The position numbers were made by a program, and so were the translations under genes. Positions 19,659 to 30,018 of a stretch of 64,000 bases of DNA are shown here, piece by piece. The notes below the pieces were generated by a model. The model did not search any database and was not told the DNA's origin. It worked only from the letters and a program-made list of their open reading frames with translations. The stretch is from an uncultured Bacteroidia bacterium. Its GTDB lineage: Bacteria; Bacteroidota; Bacteroidia; NS11-12g; UBA9320. Each line of letters starts with the position of its first letter. Within the stretch, counting starts at the first letter, position 1. Location: the NCBI GenBank assembly GCA_943787465.1, contig CALSMN010000003.1, forward strand, positions 65,093 through 129,092, given 5' to 3'.

Positions 19659-20231
19659 ATGAAAATAAAATTAAAATTAATTGCGACTCTTTTAATCCTA
19701 CCACTTTTTTTTGTATCATGTGGAGATTCATCAGAAAATGCTAATTCTGAATCAACCGATTCTAATGGATTAACTGAATCAAAAGAAAAAAATGAAAAAG
19801 AAGTTAAAGTTGAAAACAGAAAAATATCCTCATCGAATTTCAAAATTTCTAATATGGATAAAAAGTTATTCAAGATGACAGATGATTCTGAGGTTGAATT
19901 GAAAATATCTGATGGTTATTTAAAGATTTCTTGTGAATTTGAAGTAGTTGAAACATATACAGGTAACGCCACTCAAGTTTTTGTTTCAGCAATCGCTCTA
20001 GATGCGAATGGAGAGACTATCGAAATGTCTACTGTTACAAATGGAGAGATGAGAACTGATGATAGTAGGGGTGAGCAATTCTTAGATTTTATGATGGGTG
20101 AACCAGGGAGTAAAGCTAGGTTTACTTTCTCAGGGGCAAAATATAAAGAAGGCACTTGGAGTGTTGATGAAGCAGCAACAAATGCAGCAGTTGAAAAAAT
20201 AGAATCTTTCAAAATTTTAACAGACAGGTAG
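19659..20231 (+). CDS. Hypothetical lipoprotein
   Basis: Lipobox FVSC followed by an acidic Ser-rich linker; TACTTTTG -7 box at 19626-19633; own terminator. Confidence 0.75.
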   Translation: MKIKLKLIATLLILPLFFVSCGDSSENANSESTDSNGLTESKEKNEKEVKVENRKISSSNFKISNMDKKLFKMTDDSEVELKISDGYLKISCEFEVVETYTGNATQVFVSAIALDANGETIEMSTVTNGEMRTDDSRGEQFLDFMMGEPGSKARFTFSGAKYKEGTWSVDEAATNAAVEKIESFKILTDR

Positions 20232-20254
20232 AGAGAATTATATTAAATAACTAT

Positions 20255-20285
20255 AAGTGGTAATCTTTATTACCACTTTTTTTTT
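20255..20285 (+). terminator. Intrinsic terminator
   Basis: AAGTGGTAAT-CTTT-ATTACCACTT followed by a long T tract. Confidence 0.85.
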
Positions 20286-20425
20286 GTATTTATTTAGTAA
20301 CGGAAAACATAAATATGATTAAGTATGAATTGTAAGATTCTTTGATAACTTAGGTAAGTAATAATTAAAAAATAATTATAAATACATAATCGTTAAACTC
20401 TTACTTATTTCAAAAAAAAGTAATT

Positions 20426-21772
20426 TCACTTCCCGATACAAAAGCGTGTAAAGATAGAATCGAGCACTTCATCATTGGTTACTTCTCCCGTGATGAGTCC
20501 CAATTGATACAAGGCATTGCGAATGTCCAAGGCAATTAAATCACTGGAAGTGCCTTCGTCAATTCCTTGATTGATCTTTTGCAATATATTGGAGCTTTTA
20601 GCAAGGGCATCAGCATGTCGGGCGTTATTGACAATGGTTTCATTGCCAAACTCATATTGATTTGCAATGCGATTTAGCTCATTCAAAAGTGGAGTTATGC
20701 TTTTGGTTTTAGCTGCAATAAACAATGTATTTTCGGGCCAATCAGAAGCTTTGTAGTCTATTTCATCTGATTTATTAGCGAGTATAATTGTGTGTTGTGA
20801 ATCGGGGAGTTGCTGGAGTTCGGTCTCTAATTCTTCTGGCCGGGTTGTTTGAAGATCAAATAAATAAATTAATAGCGTTGCTTTTTGGATATTTTCCAGT
20901 GCTTTGTTTACTCCAATTTGTTCAATTTTATCATTACTCTCTCGTAAACCAGCGGTATCAATCAACCGAAATTGGATTCCATTGAGGGTGAAAATTTCTT
21001 CGATGGTATCGCGTGTAGTCCCAGCAATGTCAGATACAATTGCTCTTTCTTCATTCAACAAGGCGTTGAGCAAGGTGCTCTTGCCAGCATTGGGTTTTCC
21101 TGCGATAACAGTGTGAATACCGTGTTTGAGGACATTGCCTGCAGCAAAGGAAGATCGGAGTTTCTCAATTTGTTGAAGAAGGGAGTCAATTAGTTGTTGA
21201 AGTTTGAATCGATCAGCAAATTCTACATCTTCTTCACCAAAATCATTTTCTAGTTCAATAAGTGCCGCAAAATCAATCAATTCTTGACGGAGCAAACCTA
21301 TATCGTTGCTAAAACCACCCCGCATTTGATGAAGTGCCATTTGTAAGCTTGCCTCACTCGTACTGCTGATCATATCAGCCACTGCTTCCGCTTGAGTTAG
21401 GTCAAGTTTTTTGTTAAGGAATGCACGAAGGGTAAACTCGCCTGGTTGTGCCATACGTGCTCCATGTTTGAGGATGGTTTCGATAATTCTTTTCACAATG
21501 TAAGAAGAGCCGTGTCCCGATATTTCAACAGCATCTTCGCCGGTGTAAGAATGCGGATTTTTGAAGATACTAACGAGAACCTCGTCCACTTTTTGGCTCC
21601 CATCCATGATATGTCCATAGTGGATAGTATATCCATCGGCATGGTGTATGTCTTTTGTGAAACAGGCATTTACAGTAGGTATGGCATCTTTACCTGAGAC
21701 ACGCACCACTGCCAATGCAGAGACCCCGGGAGGGGTAGCTGGGGCTATAATGGTATCTTCAAAATTGGTCAT
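20426..21772 (-). CDS. mnmE: tRNA modification GTPase MnmE
   Basis: GKPNAGKS, GTTRD, DTAG, C-terminal FCIGK. Confidence 0.98.
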   Translation of the reverse strand: MTNFEDTIIAPATPPGVSALAVVRVSGKDAIPTVNACFTKDIHHADGYTIHYGHIMDGSQKVDEVLVSIFKNPHSYTGEDAVEISGHGSSYIVKRIIETILKHGARMAQPGEFTLRAFLNKKLDLTQAEAVADMISSTSEASLQMALHQMRGGFSNDIGLLRQELIDFAALIELENDFGEEDVEFADRFKLQQLIDSLLQQIEKLRSSFAAGNVLKHGIHTVIAGKPNAGKSTLLNALLNEERAIVSDIAGTTRDTIEEIFTLNGIQFRLIDTAGLRESNDKIEQIGVNKALENIQKATLLIYLFDLQTTRPEELETELQQLPDSQHTIILANKSDEIDYKASDWPENTLFIAAKTKSITPLLNELNRIANQYEFGNETIVNNARHADALAKSSNILQKINQGIDEGTSSDLIALDIRNALYQLGLITGEVTNDEVLDSIFTRFCIGK

Positions 21773-21779
21773 CGTACTT

Positions 21780-22493
21780 TTAGAAATTGAGGCTCAAGCT
21801 GTATTTACTGTAGAAATCAAAAATTTCATTTACCGCTTCTTCTGCGGTATCTACTATTTTGAATAACTTAAGATCTTCAGGGCTAATGTAACTATCCTCT
21901 TCAAGCATGGCTTTTTTAATCCAATCAATTAAGCCATCCCAATAGGAAGACCCCACTAGAATGATAGGGAACTTAGCTGTTTTTTGTGTTTGAACTAAAG
22001 TAAGCGCTTCAAATAATTCGTCCAATGTGCCAAATCCTCCTGGTAGTACAATAAATCCTTGAGCATATTTCATAAACATCACTTTACGAACAAAAAAGAA
22101 ATTGAAGTTAATTAATTTATCTCTATCGATATATGGATTCGCGCTCTGCTCAAAAGGAAGCTCAATATTTAATCCAACTGAAGCTCCTTTTTCATTGTGT
22201 GCTCCCAAATTTCCAGCTTCCATAATACCAGGACCACCTCCCGTGATGACTCCTAGTCCAGCAGAGGCAAGTCTTTGTCCAATGTCTGTAGCCATTTCAT
22301 AATACTTTGTACCAGGCTTCGTTCTTGCTGATCCAAAAATAGAAACACATGGACCTGTTTTGGACAAGGTTTCATATCCATCTACAAATTCAGCCATTAC
22401 TTTAAAAATATTCCAACTATCGGAGCTTTTAATTTCCGGCCAATTTTTATTTTCAAATGCTTTTTTGATGCGATCGTTTGATTGTTCTTTCAT
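21780..22493 (-). CDS. LOG family (TIGR00730) Rossmann-fold protein
   Basis: FGSAR, TGGGPGIMEA, PGGFGTLDE. Confidence 0.92.
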   Translation of the reverse strand: MKEQSNDRIKKAFENKNWPEIKSSDSWNIFKVMAEFVDGYETLSKTGPCVSIFGSARTKPGTKYYEMATDIGQRLASAGLGVITGGGPGIMEAGNLGAHNEKGASVGLNIELPFEQSANPYIDRDKLINFNFFFVRKVMFMKYAQGFIVLPGGFGTLDELFEALTLVQTQKTAKFPIILVGSSYWDGLIDWIKKAMLEEDSYISPEDLKLFKIVDTAEEAVNEIFDFYSKYSLSLNF

Positions 22494-22501
22494 AATTTTT
22501 T

Positions 22502-23947
22502 TTAATGGTGTTTTATCCAACGGCTATTGAGGTACAATATTAAGTAGGTAAATAGTCCATTGATAATGATTAATTCAAATCCTGCTTCAAATCCATCTAT
22601 AAGATACGGCATACCGTAAAAATAAAGACTAGTAAGTACTATAGATAGCAGGGTGATATAGATAACGTACCGATCTGAAATTTTATTTTTGGTGAGTATC
22701 CCAAATGCGAATAAGCCTAGCAAAGGGCCATACGTAAATCCGGCAGCCCGGAAGAGTTCCTTAATTACAGCATCATTATTTAGTGCATTAAAAAGGAGAA
22801 TGGTTGCAAATAGCACCAGTGCAAAACCAATATGCACAAATCTTCGGTTTTTAGTATTTGTTGGTTTTGTTCGTTCGTAACCTAAAAAATCAACACAAAA
22901 ACTAGTAGTTAGGGCAGTTAGTGCGCTATCTGCACTGCTATATGCTGCAGCTACTAAACCAATAATGAAGGCCATACTTACCCAAGGCGTGGCATGTTTC
23001 ATCGCTATAAAACTAAATAATTGGTCTGATTTTCCTGCAAATTGTAATCCTTTAACATCTAAGTAGTGATAAAGTAACGCACCAAGGCATAGAAAAATTA
23101 AATTAATGATCAGAAACAACCCCATTTGAATATAGATATTTTTTTGAGCATTTTGTATGGTATTTATACTCAAGTTTTTTTGCATCATATCCTGATCTAA
23201 TCCTGTCATGGCCAAAGCTATAAATACACCTCCTAAGAATTGTTTCCAAAATACGTTGCTACCATTTCCCTCGATATGAAAAATTTGCGTATTGGGATTG
23301 TTGACTAAATGATCCCATGTTGAAGTAACATTCCAATCTAAATCTGTAATGATAAAAATGAGTGTTAAAATAACGGCACCAATTAGAAAGGTAGTTTGAA
23401 GGGTATCTGTATATACTACTGTTTTGATTCCACTTTTAGCGGTATAAAGAAATATAAGGGTGATAGTAATCGCGACTGTTGCCCAATAGGGGATATGAAA
23501 TGGATCAAAAACAAATGTATGTAAAACTCCTGCAACTAAAAATAACCGAAACGATGCCCCAATAATCCTGCTTAAAATAAAATAAGCAGCTCCAGTTTTA
23601 TATGAAGTTACTCCAAAACGATTTTCAAGATAGGTATATATGGAGGTTAAGTTTTGTTTGTAATAAATGGGAAGTAAAACCTGAGCTATAATGATGTACC
23701 CTACCATATAACCCAATACCGTTTGTAGATATCCAAAATGACTATTTGCCACCCAGCCGGGTACAGATAAAAAAGTAACACCTGAAAGTGATGCCCCAAT
23801 CATTCCAAAAGCCACCAAAAACCAAGGCGATTTTCGATTACCCGTATAAAACGAAGCATCATCACTATCTCTGGAAGTAATCCATGAAATAACAATCAAT
23901 AGAATAAAATATCCAACGAGAATAAACAGGATTTGAGTTGGTGACAT
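22502..23947 (-). CDS. Sodium:solute symporter
   Basis: Many TM helices; GMIGASLSGVTFLSVPG, GLDQDMMQK motifs. Confidence 0.9.
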   Translation of the reverse strand: MSPTQILFILVGYFILLIVISWITSRDSDDASFYTGNRKSPWFLVAFGMIGASLSGVTFLSVPGWVANSHFGYLQTVLGYMVGYIIIAQVLLPIYYKQNLTSIYTYLENRFGVTSYKTGAAYFILSRIIGASFRLFLVAGVLHTFVFDPFHIPYWATVAITITLIFLYTAKSGIKTVVYTDTLQTTFLIGAVILTLIFIITDLDWNVTSTWDHLVNNPNTQIFHIEGNGSNVFWKQFLGGVFIALAMTGLDQDMMQKNLSINTIQNAQKNIYIQMGLFLIINLIFLCLGALLYHYLDVKGLQFAGKSDQLFSFIAMKHATPWVSMAFIIGLVAAAYSSADSALTALTTSFCVDFLGYERTKPTNTKNRRFVHIGFALVLFATILLFNALNNDAVIKELFRAAGFTYGPLLGLFAFGILTKNKISDRYVIYITLLSIVLTSLYFYGMPYLIDGFEAGFELIIINGLFTYLILYLNSRWIKHH

Positions 23948-25357
23948 TTATTGAGCTACAATTAATTTTTGACCAATTTGTATAGTGATGTTTTCCAAAT
24001 TATTCCATGTTTTAAGTTGATCTTCGGTCACCTGATACCGCTTACAAATATTATACAAGGTGTCTCCTTTAACAACAAGATGTGTCATGGGGCCATCTAC
24101 AGCAATTTCTTTTTGTATTTGATCAATATTTTGAGATCTTGGTTCAGCGACCTCATCAATGGGCGAATCTGTACTTTCCTTGTTCTCAGTTATTTGAACT
24201 AAGGATTCTTTGAGAATGATTTTTTCTCCAATACGCATTGCATTGGGATTAAGATTAGGGTTCCATTTTAAAATATCTTCTTCAAACACATGATATTTTT
24301 CCGCAATTCGATAAATATTATCTCCCTTCTCAATTGTATGGAAATCGGGGACGTCAATGGATACTTTATTCAATGCTCCTGGATTGTCGAAAGAAGTAGT
24401 GTCTAGTATAGTTTGTTGAATTGCACTGGGATTGACAAATTTCTTCTCTTCTTCCCAATTTGGTTTTTTAGATTGTGTTTCTACAGGGTTGTCTAAATCT
24501 CTCTTTTTTTGCATGTAAATAACTTCACCTGTTTTTGGCTCTGTACCTGTTTCCATTCGATTTTTCTTGTACAGTTGCTTTAATTTTATGCCATAAGTTT
24601 GAGATATAGAACGCATATTATCCGATTCACTTACTACGTGTTTTTCTTCAGAACCTCTCCTTCGTTTGGGTTTGAGATACACGATTTCTCCTGAAGTTAA
24701 TTCTGTATCTTCAGGAAGATCATTCCATTTTCTAATGTGTTTATCTTTCACATAATTTTCAGTAGCAATACTTGCTACTGTTTCTCCTTCAGCTACTTTT
24801 TTGACAGGTACCCCATTAATTGTTTCTTGGTCTTCGGCTACCACATTTTTAGGTAAACTTTGTGAATCATAATCGTACAGGGAATATCTTTCAATAAGAT
24901 TGATTAAAATAGTACCGTATTGAGGATTTGTAGCATACCCGGCCTTTCGTAAACCTCTACACCAGCCTTTATAATCGGTGATTTTAAGTTCAAATAATTC
25001 ATGATACCTCCAGTTTTTTCGCAGAAATTCCGAATGATCCCGGTAAGATTCTAAAACACTTTCATATGCTCTAAAGCATTCATCGGGGGCATCATCATTG
25101 GCATAAATTGTTTTACCAGTCCAATTCCCTTTACACTTTATTCCAAAATGATTGTTGGCATATTTAGCCAATCTACTGTTACCACTACTGCTTTCTAATA
25201 TGCCTTGAGCAAGGGTGATACTTGCAGGCACACCGCTACGATGCATCTCTATTATAGCCCAATCTTTATATTTTTCAATGTATTGATTTGGAGTTTGTTT
25301 CTGTGCAAATGATACAACTGCCAGAATGCAACCTAGTATAGTGTAATGAAATCTCAT
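23948..25357 (-). CDS. Glucosaminidase (GH73) with LysM domains
   Basis: SITLAQGILES, NNHFGIKC, GYATNPQY, several LysM repeats; TACATTTG -7 box at 25382-25389 (-). Confidence 0.92.
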   Translation of the reverse strand: MRFHYTILGCILAVVSFAQKQTPNQYIEKYKDWAIIEMHRSGVPASITLAQGILESSSGNSRLAKYANNHFGIKCKGNWTGKTIYANDDAPDECFRAYESVLESYRDHSEFLRKNWRYHELFELKITDYKGWCRGLRKAGYATNPQYGTILINLIERYSLYDYDSQSLPKNVVAEDQETINGVPVKKVAEGETVASIATENYVKDKHIRKWNDLPEDTELTSGEIVYLKPKRRRGSEEKHVVSESDNMRSISQTYGIKLKQLYKKNRMETGTEPKTGEVIYMQKKRDLDNPVETQSKKPNWEEEKKFVNPSAIQQTILDTTSFDNPGALNKVSIDVPDFHTIEKGDNIYRIAEKYHVFEEDILKWNPNLNPNAMRIGEKIILKESLVQITENKESTDSPIDEVAEPRSQNIDQIQKEIAVDGPMTHLVVKGDTLYNICKRYQVTEDQLKTWNNLENITIQIGQKLIVAQ

Positions 25358-25490
25358 TTTTAGGGTTAAATGATTAAAATTCAAATGTAAAAATCAATCG
25401 ACCAATGTATGGAGCTGTTTATACACTTATCTACATTTGATATGATGAAATGTATCAGAAAGCATTTAATTTGAAGTAATAAAAATTAGA

Positions 25491-27670
25491 ATGATGAGAA
25501 AATATGTATTCTTAATAAGCCTAGTATTAACCTCATTTCTTGTATTTGGGCAAAAAATACCTCCTGCCAATTGGAGTTATTCTTTATCCCAAAATGAAGT
25601 AAAAATAGGAGATATTGTTGAGGTGACTTTTACCTCTCCTGTTCCTGAGGGCTATCATATTTATTCTAATGACTATGGCGATTGTCCACCTGTAAAAGCA
25701 AAATTTATATATACTAGTCATGCATCTTATAAGTTGATAGGTGAAGCAAAAGCAATTGGATCTCATCACTATATAGACGATATTTTTGAATGTGAGGTAG
25801 CCGATTTTGAAAATAAAGCTGAGTTTAGACAACAAATCCAAATCTTAAAACCAGATCCAAAAATTTCAGGTATTTTGGAATACCAGATGTGTAGTCTTCA
25901 GATGGGATGTGTGTACTATTTGATTATGAGTTCGTGATTAATAAAATGAAGGTTCTTGCTAATCAAACCAATTCAAAATCAGAACCCATTGATCCCGTTG
26001 TAGATGTGGTAGAGATTAGAGTTGAAGATACAGTTAACAAGGGAACGGTTATTCAAACCATTCAAAGTAATTTAGGTGATCAATCCAACTCAGAAACAGG
26101 GTTTACGGCATATGCGGGATTGGTTTCTAAAGATCAAGTGAACTATAAGACCTATCAAGCAAGTTCTTCAAAAGATACAAGTTCATGTATTATTAAAACT
26201 TTTGATGGAGAAACTAAAGAAGCTTCAGCATCCTATTGGGGATTATTTTTATTGGCATTTTTATCAGGTCTTGCAGCTTTACTAACGCCATGTGTTTTTC
26301 CCATGATACCTATGACGGTTTCTTTTTTTATGAAAGATGGAAGTAAATCAAAAGCGATTCGAAATGGATTTATATATGGGTTAAGTATTGTAGGAATTTA
26401 TGTATTTATTGGAACATTAGTTGCTATTTTGGCTGGTCCAGCAGCAGCAAATTGGTTGTCTACACATTGGTTACCGAATGTTTTTTTCTTTTTAATATTT
26501 GTCATTTTTGCAGCTTCATTTTTTGGAGCATTTGAAATTGTACTGCCCAGTTGGTTGGTTAATAAAGCTGATCAACAGGCAGATAAAGGAGGATTAGTGG
26601 GTATTTTTTTTATGGCGTTTACCATTGTGCTTGTTTCATTTTCTTGCACTGGTCCAATTGTGGGTAGTATCCTTGTTCAATCTGCAGGTGGAGCCTTCAT
26701 TCGGCCATTAATGGGGATGTTGGGATTCTCACTTGCCTTTGCAATTCCTTTTGCTTTGTTCGCTATTTTCCCCAACTGGCTCAATAGTCTTCCAGCCTCT
26801 GGAGGCTGGCTAAATTCAGTTAAGGTGGTGCTTGGATTTGTAGAATTGGCTTTGGGTCTAAAATTTTTAAGTGTAGCTGACCAGACCTATCATTGGGGTA
26901 TTTTGGATCGAGAGATCTACTTGGGACTTTGGATCGTTATCTTCATTTTGATGGGGCTGTATTTGTTGGGTAAGCTGAAATTTTCTCATGATAGTGACAT
27001 GCCATTTATAAAAGTACCACGTTTACTATTTGCGATAGCAACTTTTTCTTTTGTAGCATATCTTATTCCTGGTTTATTTGGGGCACCCCTAAAGTCACTT
27101 GCGGGTTATCTTCCCCCAATGAGTACGCATGATTTTAATCTTATGGAACAAGAAAACGATCATTCAGTTTACTTTGCCGGAGTTAAACCCTTATATGAAG
27201 AAAAACTTCACCTGCCTGACGGTTTACGAGGCTACTTTGATTATGAACAAGGAATGGAAGTTGCACGTACTGTAGGAAGACCTGTGTTTCTAGATTTTAC
27301 GGGACATGGTTGTGTAAACTGCAGAGAAATGGAGGCTAGGGTATGGTCAGATGAAAAAGTACATGAGCTACTTCAAGAAGAGTATGTGGTGATATCCCTT
27401 TATGTTGATGAAAAAACAATTGAATTGCCTGAGTCAGAATGGTTTTATAATAGAAAAGGTAGGCTTATAAAAACTCTGGCTAAAAAGAATAGTACAATAC
27501 AAGAGTGCTATTTCGATGCCAATGCCCAGCCCCAATATGCATTACTCGATAATCAAGGAAATCTCCTACAGCCCACCAAAACGTATGATTTGGATGTTGA
27601 GGGTTATATTGATTTTTTAGAAAAAGGGTTGACAGAATATCAGAAAAGAATGGATAAATTAAAAAACTAA
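25491..27670 (+). pseudogene. dsbD: Thiol:disulfide interchange protein DsbD split by a 1-nt frameshift (real mutation or sequencing error)
   Basis: nDsbD domain in 25491-25937; TM domain (TPCVFPM, SCTGP) and thioredoxin domain (GCVNC) in 25907-27670. Adding one T near 25895 gives a continuous ...QMCSSSDGMCVLF. Confidence 0.8.
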
Positions 27671-27671
27671 T

Positions 27672-28235
27672 ATGAGTATTCAAGAACATTTCATAGAAGC
27701 ACAAGAAGTTTTAGCGGCTTTTTTAGCTAATCCAAAAAATTTTGAAGCTATTGAAAAAGCAGGTAATATTTTAGTATCTTGTGTTCAGAATGAGGGTAAA
27801 ATATTAAGTTGTGGAAATGGTGGTAGCCTGTGCGATGCAATGCATTTTGCAGAGGAACTTACTGGGCGATATAGGGATAATAGACCTGCAATAGGAGCCA
27901 TAGCTATAAGTGACGCAAGTCACATGGCATGTGTGGGCAATGATTATGGCTATGAATATGTTTTTTCACGATATATCGAAGGTGTTGGAAGAAGGGGTGA
28001 TGTTCTCTTGGCTATCAGCACGAGTGGTCACAGTAAAAATGTAATTCATGCAATAAAAGCAGCTAGAGATAAAGGGATGAAAGTTATTGGTTTGACAGGT
28101 AAGGATGGAGGTGAAATGGCAAATTTATGTGATGTAGAGATAAGAGCTCCTCACAGTAATTATGCAGATAGAGCTCAAGAAATTCATATTAAAGTAATTC
28201 ATTCTTTGATCGATTATATCGAGAAGAACATCTAG
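27672..28235 (+). CDS. gmhA: D-sedoheptulose 7-phosphate isomerase
   Basis: [30 protein letters not shown]. Confidence 0.95.
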   Translation: MSIQEHFIEAQEVLAAFLANPKNFEAIEKAGNILVSCVQNEGKILSCGNGGSLCDAMHFAEELTGRYRDNRPAIGAIAISDASHMACVGNDYGYEYVFSRYIEGVGRRGDVLLAISTSGHSKNVIHAIKAARDKGMKVIGLTGKDGGEMANLCDVEIRAPHSNYADRAQEIHIKVIHSLIDYIEKNI

Positions 28236-28236
28236 A

Positions 28237-28878
28237 TTAAATCTTGTAACGAAGATACTTGATTTTTTTCCCCTCTTTCAACCACATTTTTTCATAAAAT
28301 GTTTGGATATTCGCTAAATATTCAGGTATTTCTGCCCACTGATATATGTCATCACTATCGGCTATAACTTCTAAATTTTGTTCATAGATTACAGATTTGG
28401 TATAGTCATAAAATCGAGTAGAGTCACTTTTTAAATTCATAATTGCATCGGTTGAAGCAATAGTTCTGTAGCGATCTAAAAACATGGGATTAGTGAGTCG
28501 TTTTCTTTCTTTTGCATGTTGTGGATCAGGAAAAGTAATCCAGAATTCATCAATTTCACCGGGGGCAAAAAAATCTTCAATATTACCAATCATAATTCGA
28601 TGGAAGGCTACATTATTCAATTGGTGTTCTAACGCATATTTTGCTCCTTTCCAGATCCTATTTCCTTTAATATCTACGCCAATAAAATTTCGTTCAGGAA
28701 ATCGTTCAGCTAATCCAATGGTGTATTCTCCTTTTCCGCAGGCTAGTTCAAGAGTAATTGGGTTATTATTTTTAAAAACGGTTGATTTCCATTGTCCTTT
28801 CAATTCTGTTGCGCTCTCAAAACAGTTGCCGAAAGCACTCACTTCAGCAAATTTTTGTAATTTTCCTATCTTTCCCAC
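28237..28878 (-). CDS. trmB: tRNA (guanine-N7)-methyltransferase
   Basis: LELACGKGEY, DIKGNR, WITFPDP, TFYEK. Confidence 0.95.
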   Translation of the reverse strand: MGKIGKLQKFAEVSAFGNCFESATELKGQWKSTVFKNNNPITLELACGKGEYTIGLAERFPERNFIGVDIKGNRIWKGAKYALEHQLNNVAFHRIMIGNIEDFFAPGEIDEFWITFPDPQHAKERKRLTNPMFLDRYRTIASTDAIMNLKSDSTRFYDYTKSVIYEQNLEVIADSDDIYQWAEIPEYLANIQTFYEKMWLKEGKKIKYLRYKI

Positions 28879-28887
28879 CGTGCAAAT

Positions 28888-29886
28888 TTAATAGGCTTGT
28901 CGAATTACTTTTCCCGTTTCTGTATAGTAGATTTTGGGGACTATTTTTAACGTTTTAGGTGCGTGATATAGAGGTAGCTTTTTATGAATCATGGATAGTA
29001 TATGTGAATGAGTTTGCTGAATTTCATTTTCGATGATTAGAATTGGTACTTCGCCATATTGGTGATTTTTTGCTTTTGCGACATAAAATAAATTGGGAAT
29101 ATTTAAGCTACTGAATAGTTCAGAAATAAGAGGTTCGATTTCTGTTGGATGGATCTTTATTCCGCCGCTATTTATGACATCGTCAGACCTTCCTAGGATT
29201 CGAAATCCTTTCTGTATTGGGGTTGCAAAATCATTTGTTTTAACGTGAAGTGATAGTTTGGGTAGGTAAATTTCCAAGGTATCAGAAAAATTCAATGTAA
29301 CGTCTGGTAAAGGGGTAAGATAGTTTTCTTTAAGCGTGAGATTTTGTAGTGCAATATGGCTCGCTGTTTCAGTCATACCATAAGTAAACCAGAGTTGAGT
29401 GGATGGTAAGTGTAGGTTATGGAAATAGGATAACGGTCGATTTAAAGTCCCCCCACCCAGAAGGATGTGTTGAAATAGAGATAGTTTTTCTGGGGTATGG
29501 ATTATCAAATTTTGAAATTGAGCAGGTGTCAGCGATGTTAGGGTAAAATTTTCTTCGACTTTCTCCTTAAAAGGAGATTGGGACGGATTAAAAAAATGAA
29601 TATCACAGTTCCAAATCAACGCACGAATCAATTGCATGAACCCACTCGTTTTATCAACCGGTAAGCAGCAAGCAATTTTTTGGGGAGTAAGCTTTAGTCG
29701 ATTTCGTGTAGCATGAGCACTCCAAATTAGAAGATTTCTGGAAAGTTTAATTTTCTTGGGTTTGCCTGTAGTACCAGAAGTCATTATCTCAAATTCTGAT
29801 GTACCACTGACCCATTTTTTTATAATATCTTCCACTAAATTACATTGACTGAAATCAGCAGAATAAAAAAATCTGAATGTGTTCAT
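28888..29886 (-). CDS. menE: AMP-binding enzyme, O-succinylbenzoate-CoA ligase-like
   Basis: TSGTTGKPK, YGMTETASH, GRSDDVINSGGIK, TETGK; short Bacteroidota MenE-like size. Confidence 0.7.
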   Translation of the reverse strand: MNTFRFFYSADFSQCNLVEDIIKKWVSGTSEFEIMTSGTTGKPKKIKLSRNLLIWSAHATRNRLKLTPQKIACCLPVDKTSGFMQLIRALIWNCDIHFFNPSQSPFKEKVEENFTLTSLTPAQFQNLIIHTPEKLSLFQHILLGGGTLNRPLSYFHNLHLPSTQLWFTYGMTETASHIALQNLTLKENYLTPLPDVTLNFSDTLEIYLPKLSLHVKTNDFATPIQKGFRILGRSDDVINSGGIKIHPTEIEPLISELFSSLNIPNLFYVAKAKNHQYGEVPILIIENEIQQTHSHILSMIHKKLPLYHAPKTLKIVPKIYYTETGKVIRQAY

Positions 29887-30018
29887 GGAATCCAAAATTC
29901 AGGTCAAAAATACAAGAGATCTACCCTATAATGAGCATAGGATATTGAATATTTTAAGCATAATATGTAAGGCCGACTATAAATTAGTAAATTCGCGTTC
30001 TAATTTATTAAAATTACT

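Noticed and set aside
25381-25440. Inverted repeat TCAAATGTA...TACATTTGA
   Set aside because: Explained by two divergent TACATTTG -7 promoter boxes, not a MITE or invertible element.
25895-25937. Programmed -1 ribosomal frameshift in dsbD
   Set aside because: No X XXY YYZ slippery site in the window where both frames are open; a single-base loss explains it.
29950-29980. dif-like sequence TTTTAAGCATAATATGTA
   Set aside because: Only one arm resembles dif; the XerD arm TTATGTTAAAT is missing.
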